Shown here: in pieces, positions 1-60,298 of the stretch | How the letters are laid out: every line of letters begins with the position of its first letter | Numbering within the stretch: position 1 is the stretch's first letter | DNA from: Octopus bimaculoides | Lineage: Eukaryota | Length of the DNA stretch: 64,000 nt | Reading direction: 5' to 3' | Assembly (NCBI RefSeq): GCF_001194135.2 | Contig: NC_068984.1 | Coordinates: forward strand, 3,521,274-3,585,273 | Program-made: the position numbers and the translations under genes | Notes under the pieces: model-generated | What the model was told of the DNA's origin: nothing | Seen by the model: only the letters and a program-made list of their open reading frames with translations | Database searches by the model: none

Positions 1-1
1 G

Positions 2-559
2 AATTTAAATTTAACTCAGCTTCCAGGACCTGAATGTTCATACAGATCAATTAACTCTGTCCCTGATCAACAACAGGCAACGCATTACCCAGTGGAGTTC
101 CTCAATTCACTTCAGCCACCAGGATTTCCACCACACATTCTGATCGTGAAAATAGGTGCTCCCATAATGCTATTAAGAAACCTTGATGCACCCAGACTCT
201 GCAATGGAACAAGGTTGGTTGTTAAAACAGCCATGCCCCATGTGTTGGAAGCAACAATAATTACAGGCAACATGATGGGTGAGAATGTCTTCATTCCAAG
301 GATACTTCTCATTTCAAATGATCTCCTCTTTCAGTTCAAGAGACTGCAGTTTCCTGTCAAACTTAGCTTTGCAACGTCTATCAACAAAGTACAAGGTCAA
401 TCTCTAAAGGTGGTGGGACTTAACCTCCTTCAACCTTGCTTCTCACATGGTCAACTGTATGTTGGATGTTCTAGAGTTGGAGATGAAAATAACCTCTACA
501 TTCTCAGTGATAAACATGGCAAGACAGAAAACATAGTATATGAAGAAGCACTTACATGA
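2..559 (+). pseudogene. Helitron PIF1-like helicase, C-terminal fragment (5' part outside window)
   Basis: Frame is open from base 2: ...[32 protein letters not shown]...[16 protein letters not shown]...[24 protein letters not shown]...[13 protein letters not shown]...NIVYEEALT*. The motif deviates from the usual MTINKSQGQ, which suggests decay. Confidence 0.85.
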
Positions 560-806
560 ATAGTATGCACATGTCATATACAAAAGTGTAAAACCATTGA
601 GTGTTAAAGTAAGTATTACTATTACACTTTCACTTTTCGACTGACATGCGTCAATGTATATCTGTGTATATAACAGTGAAACAATATCGTAGTATATTCG
701 CTGTGTGAATTTTTTTCATTTAATCACCATTTTAATTATCGTAAAAGTTTCCAAGTACCAATAAGCAACAATTTCATTCCCGGGCAACGCCGAGTGGCTC
801 TGCTAG
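2..806 (+). mobile_element. Helitron 3' end (helicase C-terminus, subterminal hairpin, CTAG terminus)
   Basis: PIF1-type Rep/Hel helicase C-terminus is followed by CCCGGGCAACGCCGAG (779-794, imperfect hairpin) and CTAG at 803-806, then T. This is the canonical Helitron 3' terminus. Confidence 0.9.
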
Positions 807-827
807 TATGATTATATATATATATAT

Positions 828-1717
828 NNNNNNNNNNNNNNNNNNNNNNNNNNNNNNNNNNNNNNNNNNNNNNNNNNNNNNNNNNNNNNNNNNNNNNNNN
901 NNNNNNNNNNNNNNNNNNNNNNNNNNNNNNNNNNNNNNNNNNNNNNNNNNNNNNNNNNNNNNNNNNNNNNNNNNNNNNNNNNNNNNNNNNNNNNNNNNNN
1001 NNNNNNNNNNNNNNNNNNNNNNNNNNNNNNNNNNNNNNNNNNNNNNNNNNNNNNNNNNNNNNNNNNNNNNNNNNNNNNNNNNNNNNNNNNNNNNNNNNNN
1101 NNNNNNNNNNNNNNNNNNNNNNNNNNNNNNNNNNNNNNNNNNNNNNNNNNNNNNNNNNNNNNNNNNNNNNNNNNNNNNNNNNNNNNNNNNNNNNNNNNNN
1201 NNNNNNNNNNNNNNNNNNNNNNNNNNNNNNNNNNNNNNNNNNNNNNNNNNNNNNNNNNNNNNNNNNNNNNNNNNNNNNNNNNNNNNNNNNNNNNNNNNNN
1301 NNNNNNNNNNNNNNNNNNNNNNNNNNNNNNNNNNNNNNNNNNNNNNNNNNNNNNNNNNNNNNNNNNNNNNNNNNNNNNNNNNNNNNNNNNNNNNNNNNNN
1401 NNNNNNNNNNNNNNNNNNNNNNNNNNNNNNNNNNNNNNNNNNNNNNNNNNNNNNNNNNNNNNNNNNNNNNNNNNNNNNNNNNNNNNNNNNNNNNNNNNNN
1501 NNNNNNNNNNNNNNNNNNNNNNNNNNNNNNNNNNNNNNNNNNNNNNNNNNNNNNNNNNNNNNNNNNNNNNNNNNNNNNNNNNNNNNNNNNNNNNNNNNNN
1601 NNNNNNNNNNNNNNNNNNNNNNNNNNNNNNNNNNNNNNNNNNNNNNNNNNNNNNNNNNNNNNNNNNNNNNNNNNNNNNNNNNNNNNNNNNNNNNNNNNNN
1701 NNNNNNNNNNNNNNNNT
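828..1717. other. Assembly gap (890 N); 10-N gaps also at 2259-2268, 40718-40727 and 62178-62187
   Basis: Runs of N. Confidence 1.
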
Positions 1718-2554
1718 GCGGGCGACACATGAAATCTTTCGAGCGAGATCGTTGACAGTGCCCCTGAACTGGCTCTTGTGCGGGGCCGTCGTAGGATTTT
1801 CGAGTGAGGTCATTGCCAGTTCCACTGGACTGGCTCATGTGCGGGCGACACATGAAATCTTTCGAGCGAGATCGTTTCCAGTGCGACGTAACTGGCTCTT
1901 GTGCGTGGCTGTTGTAGGATTTTCGAGCGAGGTCGTTGCCGGTTCCCGTGGACTGGCTCTTGGGCGGGTGACACGTGAAATTCTTCGAGCGAGATCTCTG
2001 CCAGTGCCCCTGGACGGGCTCTTGTGCGGGGCCGTCGTAGGATTTTCGAGCGAGATCGTTGCCAGTGCCCCTGAACTGGCTCTTGTGCGGGGCCGTCGTT
2101 GGATTTTCGTGCGAGATCGTTGCCAGTTCCCTTGGACTGGCTCATGTGCGGGCGACACATGAAATCTTTCGAGCGAGATCGTTGACAGTGCCCCTGAACT
2201 GGCTCTTGTGCGGGGCCGTCGTAGGATTTTCGAGTGAGGTCATTGCCGGTTCCACTGGNNNNNNNNNNAGATCGTTGACAGTGCCCCTGAACTGGCTCTT
2301 GTGCGGGGCCGTCGTAGGATTTTCGAGGGAGGTCATTGCGGGTTCCACTGGACTGGCTCATGTGCGGGCGACACATGAAATCTTTCGAGCTAGACCGTTC
2401 CCAGTGCCCCTGAACTGGCTCTTGTGCGGAGCCGTCGTAGGATTTTCGAGCGAGATCGTTGCCAGTGCCCTTGTACTGGCTCATGTCCAGGCGACACATG
2501 AAATTTTTGGAGCGAGATCGTTGCCAGTGCCCCTGAACTGGCTCTTGTGCGTGG
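1718..2554 (+). repeat. GC/CpG-rich minisatellite: 61/62-bp monomers in a 123-bp dimeric higher-order unit
   Basis: GAGCGAGATC recurs at 1741 and 1864 (123 bp), and alternating sub-units start at 1741, 1802 and 1864. Each monomer carries a GCCAGT-N8-ACTGGC-like palindrome. The array runs into a gap. Confidence 0.9.
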
Positions 2555-2778
2555 CCGTTGCCAGTACCGCCTGACTGGCCTTTGTGCGGGTGACACGTAA
2601 AAGCACCCACTACACTCTCTGAGTGGTTGGCGTTAGGAAGGGCATCCAGCTGTAGAAACTCTGCCAAATCAGATTGGAGCCTGGTGTTGCCATCCGGTTT
2701 CACCAATCCTCAGTCAAATCGTCCTACCCATGCTAGTATGGAAAGCGGACGTTAAACGACGACGATGATGATGATGAT
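2555..2778 (+). mobile_element. SINE/RTE-related 3' tail module ending in (GAT)n
   Basis: ...AAAAGCACCCACTACACTC...GTGGTTGGCGTTAGGAAGGGCATCCAGCTGTAGAAAC...CCCATGCTAGTATGGAAAGCGGACGTTAAACGACGACGATGATGAT. More than 10 related copies occur elsewhere in the window (e.g. 5305, 16845, 33045, 48530, 49130, 51900, 53400). Confidence 0.8.
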
Positions 2779-4280
2779 AAAATGAATCTATTTAAAATCT
2801 ATTACTTTCGACCGTATATACCCAATGACACAACTTTTGTCTTCCATATTTTCCACTATCATTCAAACATATTTTCTTCCATATTTCTCCTCCTTTATTT
2901 CGTTATGTTACCTACACTCTTCTTCCTTGACATCTTTTATCCAGGCTATTCCACTTGAAGGGCCATATTCACCAGAGTTAAATAGGTTATATGATCTCTT
3001 CATTTTTCTGTCTTTCAATGCTCGGCAAAAGTTTCATTATTCGCAGTCCGTCGACCATTTTCTTTCCTAAATAGTCTCATTATATGAAATGCAAAGCGAA
3101 ACCAGGGACGAAATTGAATTTCATTAAAAACCATATATAACCACTTTTTTATTTTTTTTTTCAATCTCAAGCCTTCGTCATTCACCCCACCCCCCTAAAG
3201 TGATGCTAAAACCACCATTGCTCTCTTTAAAGAATGTTATCATAACCTTTATCTTTCGAAATATGGTCCATTAAAGCCATTGTAACTGCCACAATCCAGT
3301 ACTATATATATTTCTTCTCATATCAACTTTTGTTCTTGTTTTTTCCCCAAAATATTCTAATTCTTCGATTTGTTTCAGTTTCGTCCTTTCCTCCATAAAT
3401 TGTTGTGTGTTTTGTTCATTATCGTTCTTTTTAAATTGCTCTCAACAGTCGGGTGGATTCACCGGGTTTCGGAATGCAGTACTGGGAGTACCTGTGTTCT
3501 GCCACTTAGGCATTTCAATAAGGCAAATGGTCCGGTAGAAATAACGGTACGATTCCTTTAAATCACACTCTACCGTCTTAAACAATGAAGGACACATTAG
3601 TTAATGTATTGCTAAACCCCTCTACAAACGGCTGGAACGGCATTAGGAGTTTGTTTGGGGCTGAACAACAACTCGTCTGTCGTGTATCATGGTTTAGACC
3701 GATGCAATATCGAAACGGTAATGTATCGTAAATAAGTCGGTGGATGGATGGACAGGCAGATAAATGGATGTGTAGGTAGTTAAGAAGACGAACACAGACA
3801 AATAGATAAATAAATATGGTTGAAACACTATTTTAACATATGTTAAGGACGGAGTGTTTTATTAGGTAAATTTTTGCTATGTTCCCACGATTAAATTATA
3901 TTTTCAGTCAAAATACATTTAAGACAGAAGTGGTTGTCTCCCTTACACTAATGACTGACAAACTAACTAAAACCTCGCGTTCATAGCGAAAGCGTTGAAA
4001 CATTTTTCTGTAACGGGTAGGATGTTAGAATAGCAAGGGTATTAGAGTAATACCTTGCAATGCCGGTTTCGACTCTTTTCGTTAAGAGTTCAAATCCTGC
4101 TGTCGATAAAATAAAGTAACATTAATGTCAAAATAACGATCACTCCTCAATTAATAACGGCCGTGAGTTTGTTAATAGATTCTACCCGAATGGGATCCGA
4201 ACTCAGAACACAGGTGGATGAAATTAAATAGTAGTAGACATGCCAACACTTCTGTTTTTAACAATCCATTAAATAGTGAT

Positions 4281-4676
4281 GGGCATGGCTGTGTGGTAAG
4301 AAGCTTGTTTCTCAGCCACATGGTACCTGGTTCAGTTCCACTGCGTAGCACCTTGGGCAAGTGTCTCATACTATAGCCTCGGATTGACCAAAGCCTTGAG
4401 TGGATCTGGTAGATGGAAACTGAAAGAAGCCCCGTGGTGTGTGTCTTTGTCTGTGTTTCCCACCACCACCACACACACACACACACACACATCAGTGACA
4501 ACCGGTGCTGGTGTGCTTACATCCCTGTATCTTAGCGATTCAACAATAGAGGCCGATAGAATAAGTACCAGGCTTTACAAAAATTGAGCATTGGAGACGA
4601 TTTATTTGACGAAAATTCTTCAAAGTGGTGCCCCAGCATGGCAGCAGTCTAATGACTGAAACGAGTAAAAAAAAAA
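4281..4676 (+). mobile_element. tRNA-derived SINE (family A)
   Basis: A-box-like TGGCTGTGTGGT, B-box-like GGTTCAGTTCC, central CCTTGGGCAAGTGTCT, internal (CA)n, and tail CAGCATGGCAGCAGTC-AATGACTGAAAC. Homologous to 5487-5867. Confidence 0.8.
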
Positions 4677-5304
4677 GCGATAAAAATATATGGTGCGGAG
4701 GTGCCGCAAATTTCTGTATTCAAATCTTGACAGTGTTGATATTGTTCCGTGAAGTCCCCTCACCTCAAAAGGTCCACCAAGAGTGAATGTAAATTGACCA
4801 TTAGTAAAACAATCCGATTCCAGGTCAGTTTAATAAGACATAGCGCTGGTCAAAGCCACTCCGTCACTGTTCTAATTTCCAGATAAAATTTTACGAGAAG
4901 TACATCCAGCTTATGTCTCCTCCGTATATAAAGTAGAGGGATATTTCGTAGCTATTTCAAGTAGATCGAACTACTGCTCAGAGGCTTTCTTTCAGGATCA
5001 GTTATTTACCGTTTAAATGACTTGTGCCATTAAAGAGATGTCATATAATCGGTCAGTAGTTCCTATGTCCGAAAAAGAAGCCCACTCTGGAAGGGAGCAG
5101 TTTTATATTTAGAAGCTGCTTGTAATGACCACAGTGCCTTCGCACCCACAAAGCGTTTAGCTATATGGGCGATTTGTCAGGCTCAAAGGGCCGGAGGCTC
5201 AGAATCTCTCTACAACAGGAGGGAGGAATCATGACGTTTTCCTCTCTCCAGTTTTAGAGAGATTAAGTGCCACCTGTCATTTGAGTCTGACAAGTTGCTA
5301 CACG

Positions 5305-5447
5305 GTGGTTGGCGTTCAGAAGGGCATCTACCCGTAGAAACCATGCCAGATCAGACTGGAGTCTGGTGCAACTCACCAGTTTCCAGGCAAACTGTTCAAC
5401 CCATTCCAGCATGGAAAACGGACGTTAATTGATGATCATCATCACCA

Positions 5448-5450
<3 letters not shown>
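5305..5450 (+). mobile_element. SINE/RTE-related (GAT)n tail fragment
   Basis: Matches 2620-2778. Confidence 0.7.
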
Positions 5451-5481
<31 letters not shown>

Positions 5482-5486
5482 CTTCA

Positions 5487-5867
5487 GGCGTAGCAGTGGC
5501 TGTGTGGTAAGTAGCTTGCTTACCAACCACATGGTTCCTGGGTTCAGTCCCACTGCGTGATACCTTGGGCAAGTGTCTTCTACTATAGCCTCGGGCCGAC
5601 CTAAGCCTTGTGAGTGGATTTGGTAGACGAACACTGAAAGAAGCCCGTCGTATATATATGTGTGTGTGTGTGTGTTTGTCCCCCCAACATCGCTTGACAA
5701 CCAATGCTTGTGTGTTTACGTCCCCGTAACTTAACGGTTCGGCAAAACAGACCGATAGAATAAGTACTAGGCTTACGAAATATAAGTCCTGGGGTCGATT
5801 TGCTCGACTACAGGCGGTGCTTCAGCATGGCCGCAGTCAAATGACTGAAACAAGTAAAAGAGTAAAA
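5487..5867 (+). mobile_element. tRNA-derived SINE (family A), near full length
   Basis: TGGCTGTGTGGTAAG...GGTTCAGTCCC...CCTTGGGCAAGTGTCTT...ACTGAAAGAAGCCCGTCG-(TA/GT)n...CAGCATGGCCGCAGTCAAATGACTGAAACAAGTAAAAG. Confidence 0.85.
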
Positions 5868-6439
5868 TAGTACCACCTACCTTCACAAAAGTAAGAGAGA
5901 TAGGTGGGACAATTTCCTTTTTTTCTATTAGAAAACTATGTAAATATTTTTAAAAAAAAAACATTTCATTTAACTTCTCCACAATTTGTTTTTCATGCTT
6001 TACTCCAAGTTGAAAAAGTCACAAAGACAGAAACCGGTACTAAAATGTCCTTCATGATAAAATTATTTTAGCATTTTCTACCTTGTCCTATTTTCCTTAT
6101 ATATACTAGCAGACACGCGCGTTTTGTTTATAAACGAATGAGAACTTACATAAATACACGAGTTAAAACTTATTGTTATTCAGTTTTCCCGTCTTAAATC
6201 GGGCAGCGTTGAAATGAAATCATACCGGGACGACATCGGCCGAGTCGTTTCTTATTATTTAGAGGAGAAGGGAGGGGGTAACTAGCTGCACAAAAGGAAA
6301 TACCTCTGCCGTTGAGCAGTGCCATAGTTAGAAGATTAATGGAGGGATAGGTGTTAGAAACATAAGAAATGGAGACGGTCGATGGAGACAGAATAGGTGC
6401 ATTAGCAGGGCCCAGTGAATGTACAGAAAAACATGCTTT

Positions 6440-8760
6440 TAGGACTTTCTCAGAGACGGAAGGGTCTTTTGTGATACGACGGATTACCAGTCATCTCGGT
6501 TCGTTGTCATCGCCCCTTAGAGGCACCATTTTATAAGATCAACTCCATTACTTCGTCCTGTGTCTTTCTTCTCTCTTTCACAAGTCCTGCTACATTTGAT
6601 TCCTCTTACAGCCAATTCTTTTCTCAACACATTTTCACTTTGTCGCACATGCACACTGACATGACAAACCCAGTGGAGCGTACTACTGCCGTCATTCTCT
6701 TCTAGTTTTCGTATGTCCTCTGCATTCAGGACCCGTGTCTCACTGTTACGTAGCATTTCTGTTCCTACACAGGCAGCATACAATCTGCCTTTTCACTCAG
6801 ACAGAGACCTGTTACCATTGAATGCAATAACTCTCTCCAACCTGTTCTTATTGTAACTAAACTTTCAGAACATCTTCCTCTTCTGCTAATTAGATCACCT
6901 AGGCAACAGAAACTATTACCTCCAATGAACCTCCTGGACATTTGAGAAAAACGGGTTTTTGTGAATCCTTAGGGTTTATAGTAACTATCACAAAACCTTC
7001 TTCCTCTAATGACCCTTCTGTGATCCAACGGCATTTTATGTCTGTAGCTTGTACTGGAAACATCACACAGAATTCCTGCAAAGCGAGCAGAGCCATTTCT
7101 TGGTTTGTCTGTGTTCTTGCTTACAAGAACTTTGGTCTTTGATTAACTTTAACACCTCATGATTCCAGGTTTTGCTTCCACACAAAATTTCTTTTCTAAT
7201 TCTAATGTAGAATTTGATAAAAGTACGAGGTCATCGACGTATTAATCGTTGCCATCAGCAACCGGTCTCAGATTCCTGTTATGGGCTAGAGGACAATGAT
7301 GAATGGGAGGGGATAAAGAACTGAACTGAACCATAGCGAACTTCTTCCCTTACTCTTCGTTGCTGCACTTGTTGCTAACCTTACAGACAGCACTCCTGTA
7401 CACAGCTCGTATGACTTCTACAAGCTACTCGCTCACCAAATCACAGGACAAGGTCACCTATCGAAGGCTTATCTCCAAGTCAGCAAATGTCAAGTACAAT
7501 GACTTACTTTTGATTGAATACTGCTTCAGTTTACTTCTTAGAAAGAGGGCATCATTAGTAGTTCTCTTTGGCTCAAAAGCAAACTGTTTCTCGTCTTCTC
7601 TAATTCTGTTTGTAATTTATTGGGCTATAACTTTCATGACATGGTCCAGCAATTCGATACCTCTGTGATTCTATCTTGGGCATCTCCTTTACTATTGTAT
7701 TAGCTGACAATAATGCTGCTACACCACTTAATGGGGATGACATCTTCCTCAATAACCTGATTAAATATACAGGTGACTAGACCATATCCTACTCTGCCAG
7801 ATATTTTAAGCATCTCAGCATTCTCGATGAACCAAGAGCTTTTCCTGCCTTTTAATCCTTAATTGCCTTATCTATTATAGTTGTTGACTAGGACGACTGG
7901 CCCCTCTGTTAGGTCTCTTCCCATGCATTCTCCATATTTAAAAGCCTTTCCTTGTAGTTATACTTCCATGCCCTTTTCTTTCTTGAATCATTCCAACGCA
8001 GAACAGGGACACACCTCTTTCTGCTTCTCCATTTTCTATGTAAACCTGTCGTCTAGTTTCTTTTCCAACTACCGATTCTGCTGCATCCATTTTTCCCAAC
8101 CGGTTTCTTCGTTTTTATGGCTCTCGCTACTTCACTGCTTTACAACCGTTTCATCCTTGGTCTGGCCGGCACTTTGCACTGGCCACAGATTTGGCCCATC
8201 GATCTCAGTAGAAACTTCCAGTTCTTTTCTATTATGAATGTCAATCTCTTTTTTTGTCACCGAGGGCTTCAACTTGTACTTTTCTAAATTTCTAACTATT
8301 TACTGAATTTTTAAACTTCCATAACTTTTTCTTTTCCATAATGGTTTGTCTCTGAGTTATATGTTGAGTTATAGATTCCTCACCTGACGTGTTTGTATTC
8401 ACAAGCGTCAGCAGATCTCGTTTTCTGGTGAGAGTCGAATTTAATGTGACAGATCAGATCAGTTGCATCACAGAACTCCAAGAATCTTGTTCCCCACTCG
8501 TTTCTAGAACCAAAACTAGTCTCCATGTCAACTGTGAAATCAATTTCAGTTCAATGTGAGATCGATATGGCGGTTAAAGTCAATATCTCTAACGACAAGG
8601 TTGCTGTCGTTCGTCATTTGCAAAAGGTCTTCGAAAGTCGGTTCTTCACTGGCCAATCTCATTTGAGAATCATTTGCAATTAAAAAGACGTTGTCTACAC
8701 TGTCTCTCCAACTGAGCTATTATGAAGGAACGAAAATTTTCACTGAACGTGATTCTTACA
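6440..8760 (-). mobile_element. Decayed RTE-clade LINE (endonuclease, reverse transcriptase, C-terminus)
   Basis: Minus-strand fragments in colinear order: TNDSNLVVRDIDFNRH (~8600), FNQVIEEDVIPIKWCSSIIV...RGIELLDHVMKV...KQFAFEPKRTTNDALFL...LYLTFADLE (7780-7470), LKCPGGSLEV (~6930), MLRNSETRVLNAEDIRKLEEND...VSVHVRQSENVLRKEL (6780-6600). Many stops and frameshifts. Confidence 0.8.
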
Positions 8761-8799
8761 TATGAAATCTTAAAAGTAACTTAACATTTCAACGATTAG

Positions 8800-11700
8800 T
8801 AAGATAACAAAATATGCACAAGCCACAGAATAATTGTAGACCAATACGAAAATACCCCCAAACAGCTTACACAAGTTATGGAGAAGGGCCGCAAAAACAC
8901 TGAGCAATTCTAGCATATATTGAAAGAAAAAAAAGCGATCGGTGAAAAAATATTGGATTGCTTTATGGATGCTATAATATTTCAGGAAAGCTTCCTCTTT
9001 TCAAATATAAGAAAACATTTGAAAAGCGGAATGTTTTCTGAAATATTATAGGATCACTGCACAATTTCTGTGAAGTAATACAATATCTCATCTCTTCGTT
9101 TTCATTTGACATCCTCTTATATCTTGCGAGACTTTTCATTTGCATTGCTCATATGGAAATATATATCCATCCTCATTTTATGTATTATTACTGATCAATA
9201 ACTTCAAAATCTTTTCTATTATTTGAATTTTTGTTTAAGAGATTTTTTTCATCAGATAGTACAGTAGCAATTTCAGAAATTTCTCTTTACCAAAATCCTT
9301 GTTGGCGTTCAGTGCTGTGAGATGACATTATAAATTTTTAATTAGTTCCATTATATTCAGTATATTAGGGATTTTGGATGGAGTGGGAGGTTCCTATTGT
9401 AATTTCCAGATAGAAACAGACTACATGGGGCACCATTTTGTAATTATTTAATTTTTTTTTTCTTGCTTCTCCAACATTGGGCATCATCATTGATGTTTAT
9501 TTGTTTGAAAGCAGATAAAATAAGTGTGCATGTTTTGTCTATTATACTCTCATTCCTATCGAAACAGCCCAAGTGTTTAGTCCAAACTGCAGTGGGAAGT
9601 GAAAGTGAAAGCAAATACTAAACAATGACCATCACAACTTCACATCAGTTCTTACAATTATGACACTTCAAGAGAAACCAATAATTTTAGATTATATTAC
9701 TGAGAGAGAGAGAGAGAGGGGGGGGCAGTAGGATGTCAGATAATATAACCTCAGTTCTGAAGCGTTATCACTCTTTGATAAATACAATACCACATCAATG
9801 GATGACAACACAAAATAAACACATTTATACAATATTGCTGTTATCTGTATTTTCATCACAACTTTTATTATCTTCACATGCTGTTCCTTTTCCTTTTTTT
9901 TTTTTCATATTTTAAAATCTTTTTTGTATATCTTACACCTGTCCAATTTTCTAACTCTCATGAGAAAAAAAAAATCACCTGTATTTATTGCCACTGGAGT
10001 GCAGAGTTCTAATGCAGACAACTGCAGTAGTCAACAACATCACAGTAGTTTAAACTACTTATAACACTTGGAACTGACTACAGGGGGCTTTTTCTCACCT
10101 TGCCCACAACTACTTTACCATGGGGCTGGAAGTCTGTAACAGAACTCCAGTAAATGGGACATTGAAACACCAAATGGTGAACAGAAAAGGACAGAAGACA
10201 AGGAATAATACATGCACGCATGCACCCACATTTTAATGTCCACGTTTCCATGCATCAGACTATAAATACACACACACAAATATGCATATATATGCACACC
10301 AGACACACTTGTGTACATATGAATGGATATGCATACATCATATTTATGTACATACTAAATGAATCTGTTTCATTTTGACCCATTTTCACATGTTAAATGA
10401 AAACAAATTTTTATGGATACATTTTACACATAAATACCTGTGCACACACACACACACGAATGGATGAATTTGTCGCTTAATTAGTAGAATCTCTTGAAAC
10501 TCTGCTGGACGTCTTTGATCAGGTATTGTAATAGTTTCAGAAGAGACTATAAAATATAAATAACTTAAGGTAAAGTGGAGGGGATGTGTGATAAATAATG
10601 AAGAAATAGATGGAACTGTCAAACTGGAAGATGATTCATAATGATATCAATAATGTTGACTTAGATAACAGATAAACCCCTGGATAAGACACTAGTCCTT
10701 TGCAGATAGTATTTCCCAGTAAAAAGTGTATTGCATGTTCCCTCCCAACATATAGGTGAATTGAGGCACATAGAATGAAGGAGAGCTTGCAAATTGAGAC
10801 AAATATTAACAACTCGGAGTTGAAGATCATCCCTCTCTGCATTGTCATCTCAGAAACCTGGACTGTGATGCTTCTATTTGCTGTCCTCATAGAATAAAGT
10901 GTCTTACCCCCATTCACAACAAAATGACTGCATAACATGACTCCCACCATCAAAAGGGACACCAGTTACTTTATCTAGTCAGTTATTTCATGTAAAATTG
11001 AAGTACATGGAAGACAAAATAACTGGGAAGTCAATGAAAGGATGAAGAAATGGTAAGGATGAACGGCAGGGGAACGTGAAGAAATAAACCAAGGGGGAAT
11101 GATATTTCTACCAGAAGGTAAATGAGGAAGAAAACATTGACGAAAAGAAAAATGATTATTTTTTTCCCAAAATAATTTTTTTCCTAAATGAAAAAAAAAA
11201 AAATTCTTTCTCATTTCTCTTCTTGTTTTCCATATTTGGGGTTGTTTTAATTTCTTTCATTTTAAAAACCTGCAAAATGAAAATTCAATGTTGCTCCATC
11301 TTTGGGAACTGACAGAAAACATTTTATATACAACAAAATAATACTCTTCTCATTTTTTTGTTTTGTTTTGTTTGTTTGAGTGTGAGTGCAGCAGCAACAG
11401 TCGTACTACCACTACTAACAATGGTAATAGTACTAATAGTTGTAGTAGTAATTATAGAAAGGGTGAGGTAACCAAATTGGGACGATTGTCCAACACACAC
11501 ACGCATATCTTTTGAGTTGTTTTCCTGAAAACCACACATCTTCCCCTAAAACACACAAATCTGTTTAAAAATATTTTTTCTCTCTCACTTCCCCCCACCC
11601 CAACATATACCTGATTTCTTTATATCAATTGTTTTTTTTTTTCTTTCCTTCATCATACATTTAATTAAACCAGTCTTACCAAAACCATTAATTAACAAAC

Positions 11701-12497
11701 TAAAAAAAAAACACAGGAGGAGGCAACACTGATTCATTTGTTTTTTGTTTTTGAAAACCAATTTAGAAATCTCTTCAAATCCACAATAAATTCTTTATTT
11801 AAAATCTTTCTCCCTTCCGGTTATTTACCATGTCTCTCTCCCTCTCGTGCACTCTCTCTCTCTCACCCACACACACTTTCATTCTCTCTCTCTCTCTCAG
11901 ACACACACATTCTCTCCCTCTCTGTCTTTCTCATTCCCTCTTTCTATTTCCTGAATGTTTTTGTCCTTTCATTTTTGGTTTATTATTATTATTATTATCA
12001 TTATGACATTTTAAAAGTTTATAATTTTTTGTCTTTTTTTTTTTGCCCAATATTTATTTCCTCCCTTTAGCCATCATCATGATGATGGTTTGTTCCTTTT
12101 TATTTATTTTTTGCTCTGTTTTATTCCAAAGGGAGAAATGTTAGTCTTAAAAAGATATTTGGAACTGCATTTACCATAATTAATGAGTTTAACCCTTTAG
12201 TCTCTCAGACGGGTACAACTAATTAATGATTCTAATGAAGGCTTTTCTTTTTAATATTCTATGTTGTTAATGTTGTTTTTTTTTGTTTGTTTTTACTTCG
12301 ATGTGTGACATCATTGAACAATTTTTACATTTTTTTTTTTTTTTTGTAGTCTTAATGATGACACCAGTAGTAGTACTAATTAGCAGTGGTAGTGGTAATA
12401 ATAATAATAATGATATTTATAATTACAACAATAACAGTTGTTACCAGCATCGTCTTTGTTAACAATTTACACCGATACTATTTTTATTATTGTCATG

Positions 12498-12530
<33 letters not shown>

Positions 12531-12612
12531 TGTTTTGGCATCGTTGTTGTTATCACTAGTCTTGCTTTATTTCCAGAAATTATGAATGATTGTCATCTGA
12601 ACTAAGTACCAG
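8800..12612 (-). other. Probable long FoxP 3' UTR (distal end not determinable)
   Basis: Directly downstream of the FoxP stop codon, AT- and microsatellite-rich, with no recognisable SINE/LINE copies. Several candidate AATAAA sites on the minus strand (e.g. 9496-9501). Extent is inferred. Confidence 0.35.

Positions 12613-60298
<47,686 letters not shown>

Noticed and set aside
736-1853. Long ORFs of 315-359 aa in the track
   Set aside because: Made almost entirely of N (assembly gap).
1752-2706. Repetitive ORFs on both strands, and a possible CRISPR-like array
   Set aside because: A 123-bp (41-codon) satellite keeps frames open by arithmetic. Units are contiguous repeats without unique spacers, there are no cas genes, and the context is eukaryotic.
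4281-4345. tRNA-like A/B boxes
   Set aside because: These are SINE heads: no cloverleaf, and they continue into repeat body.
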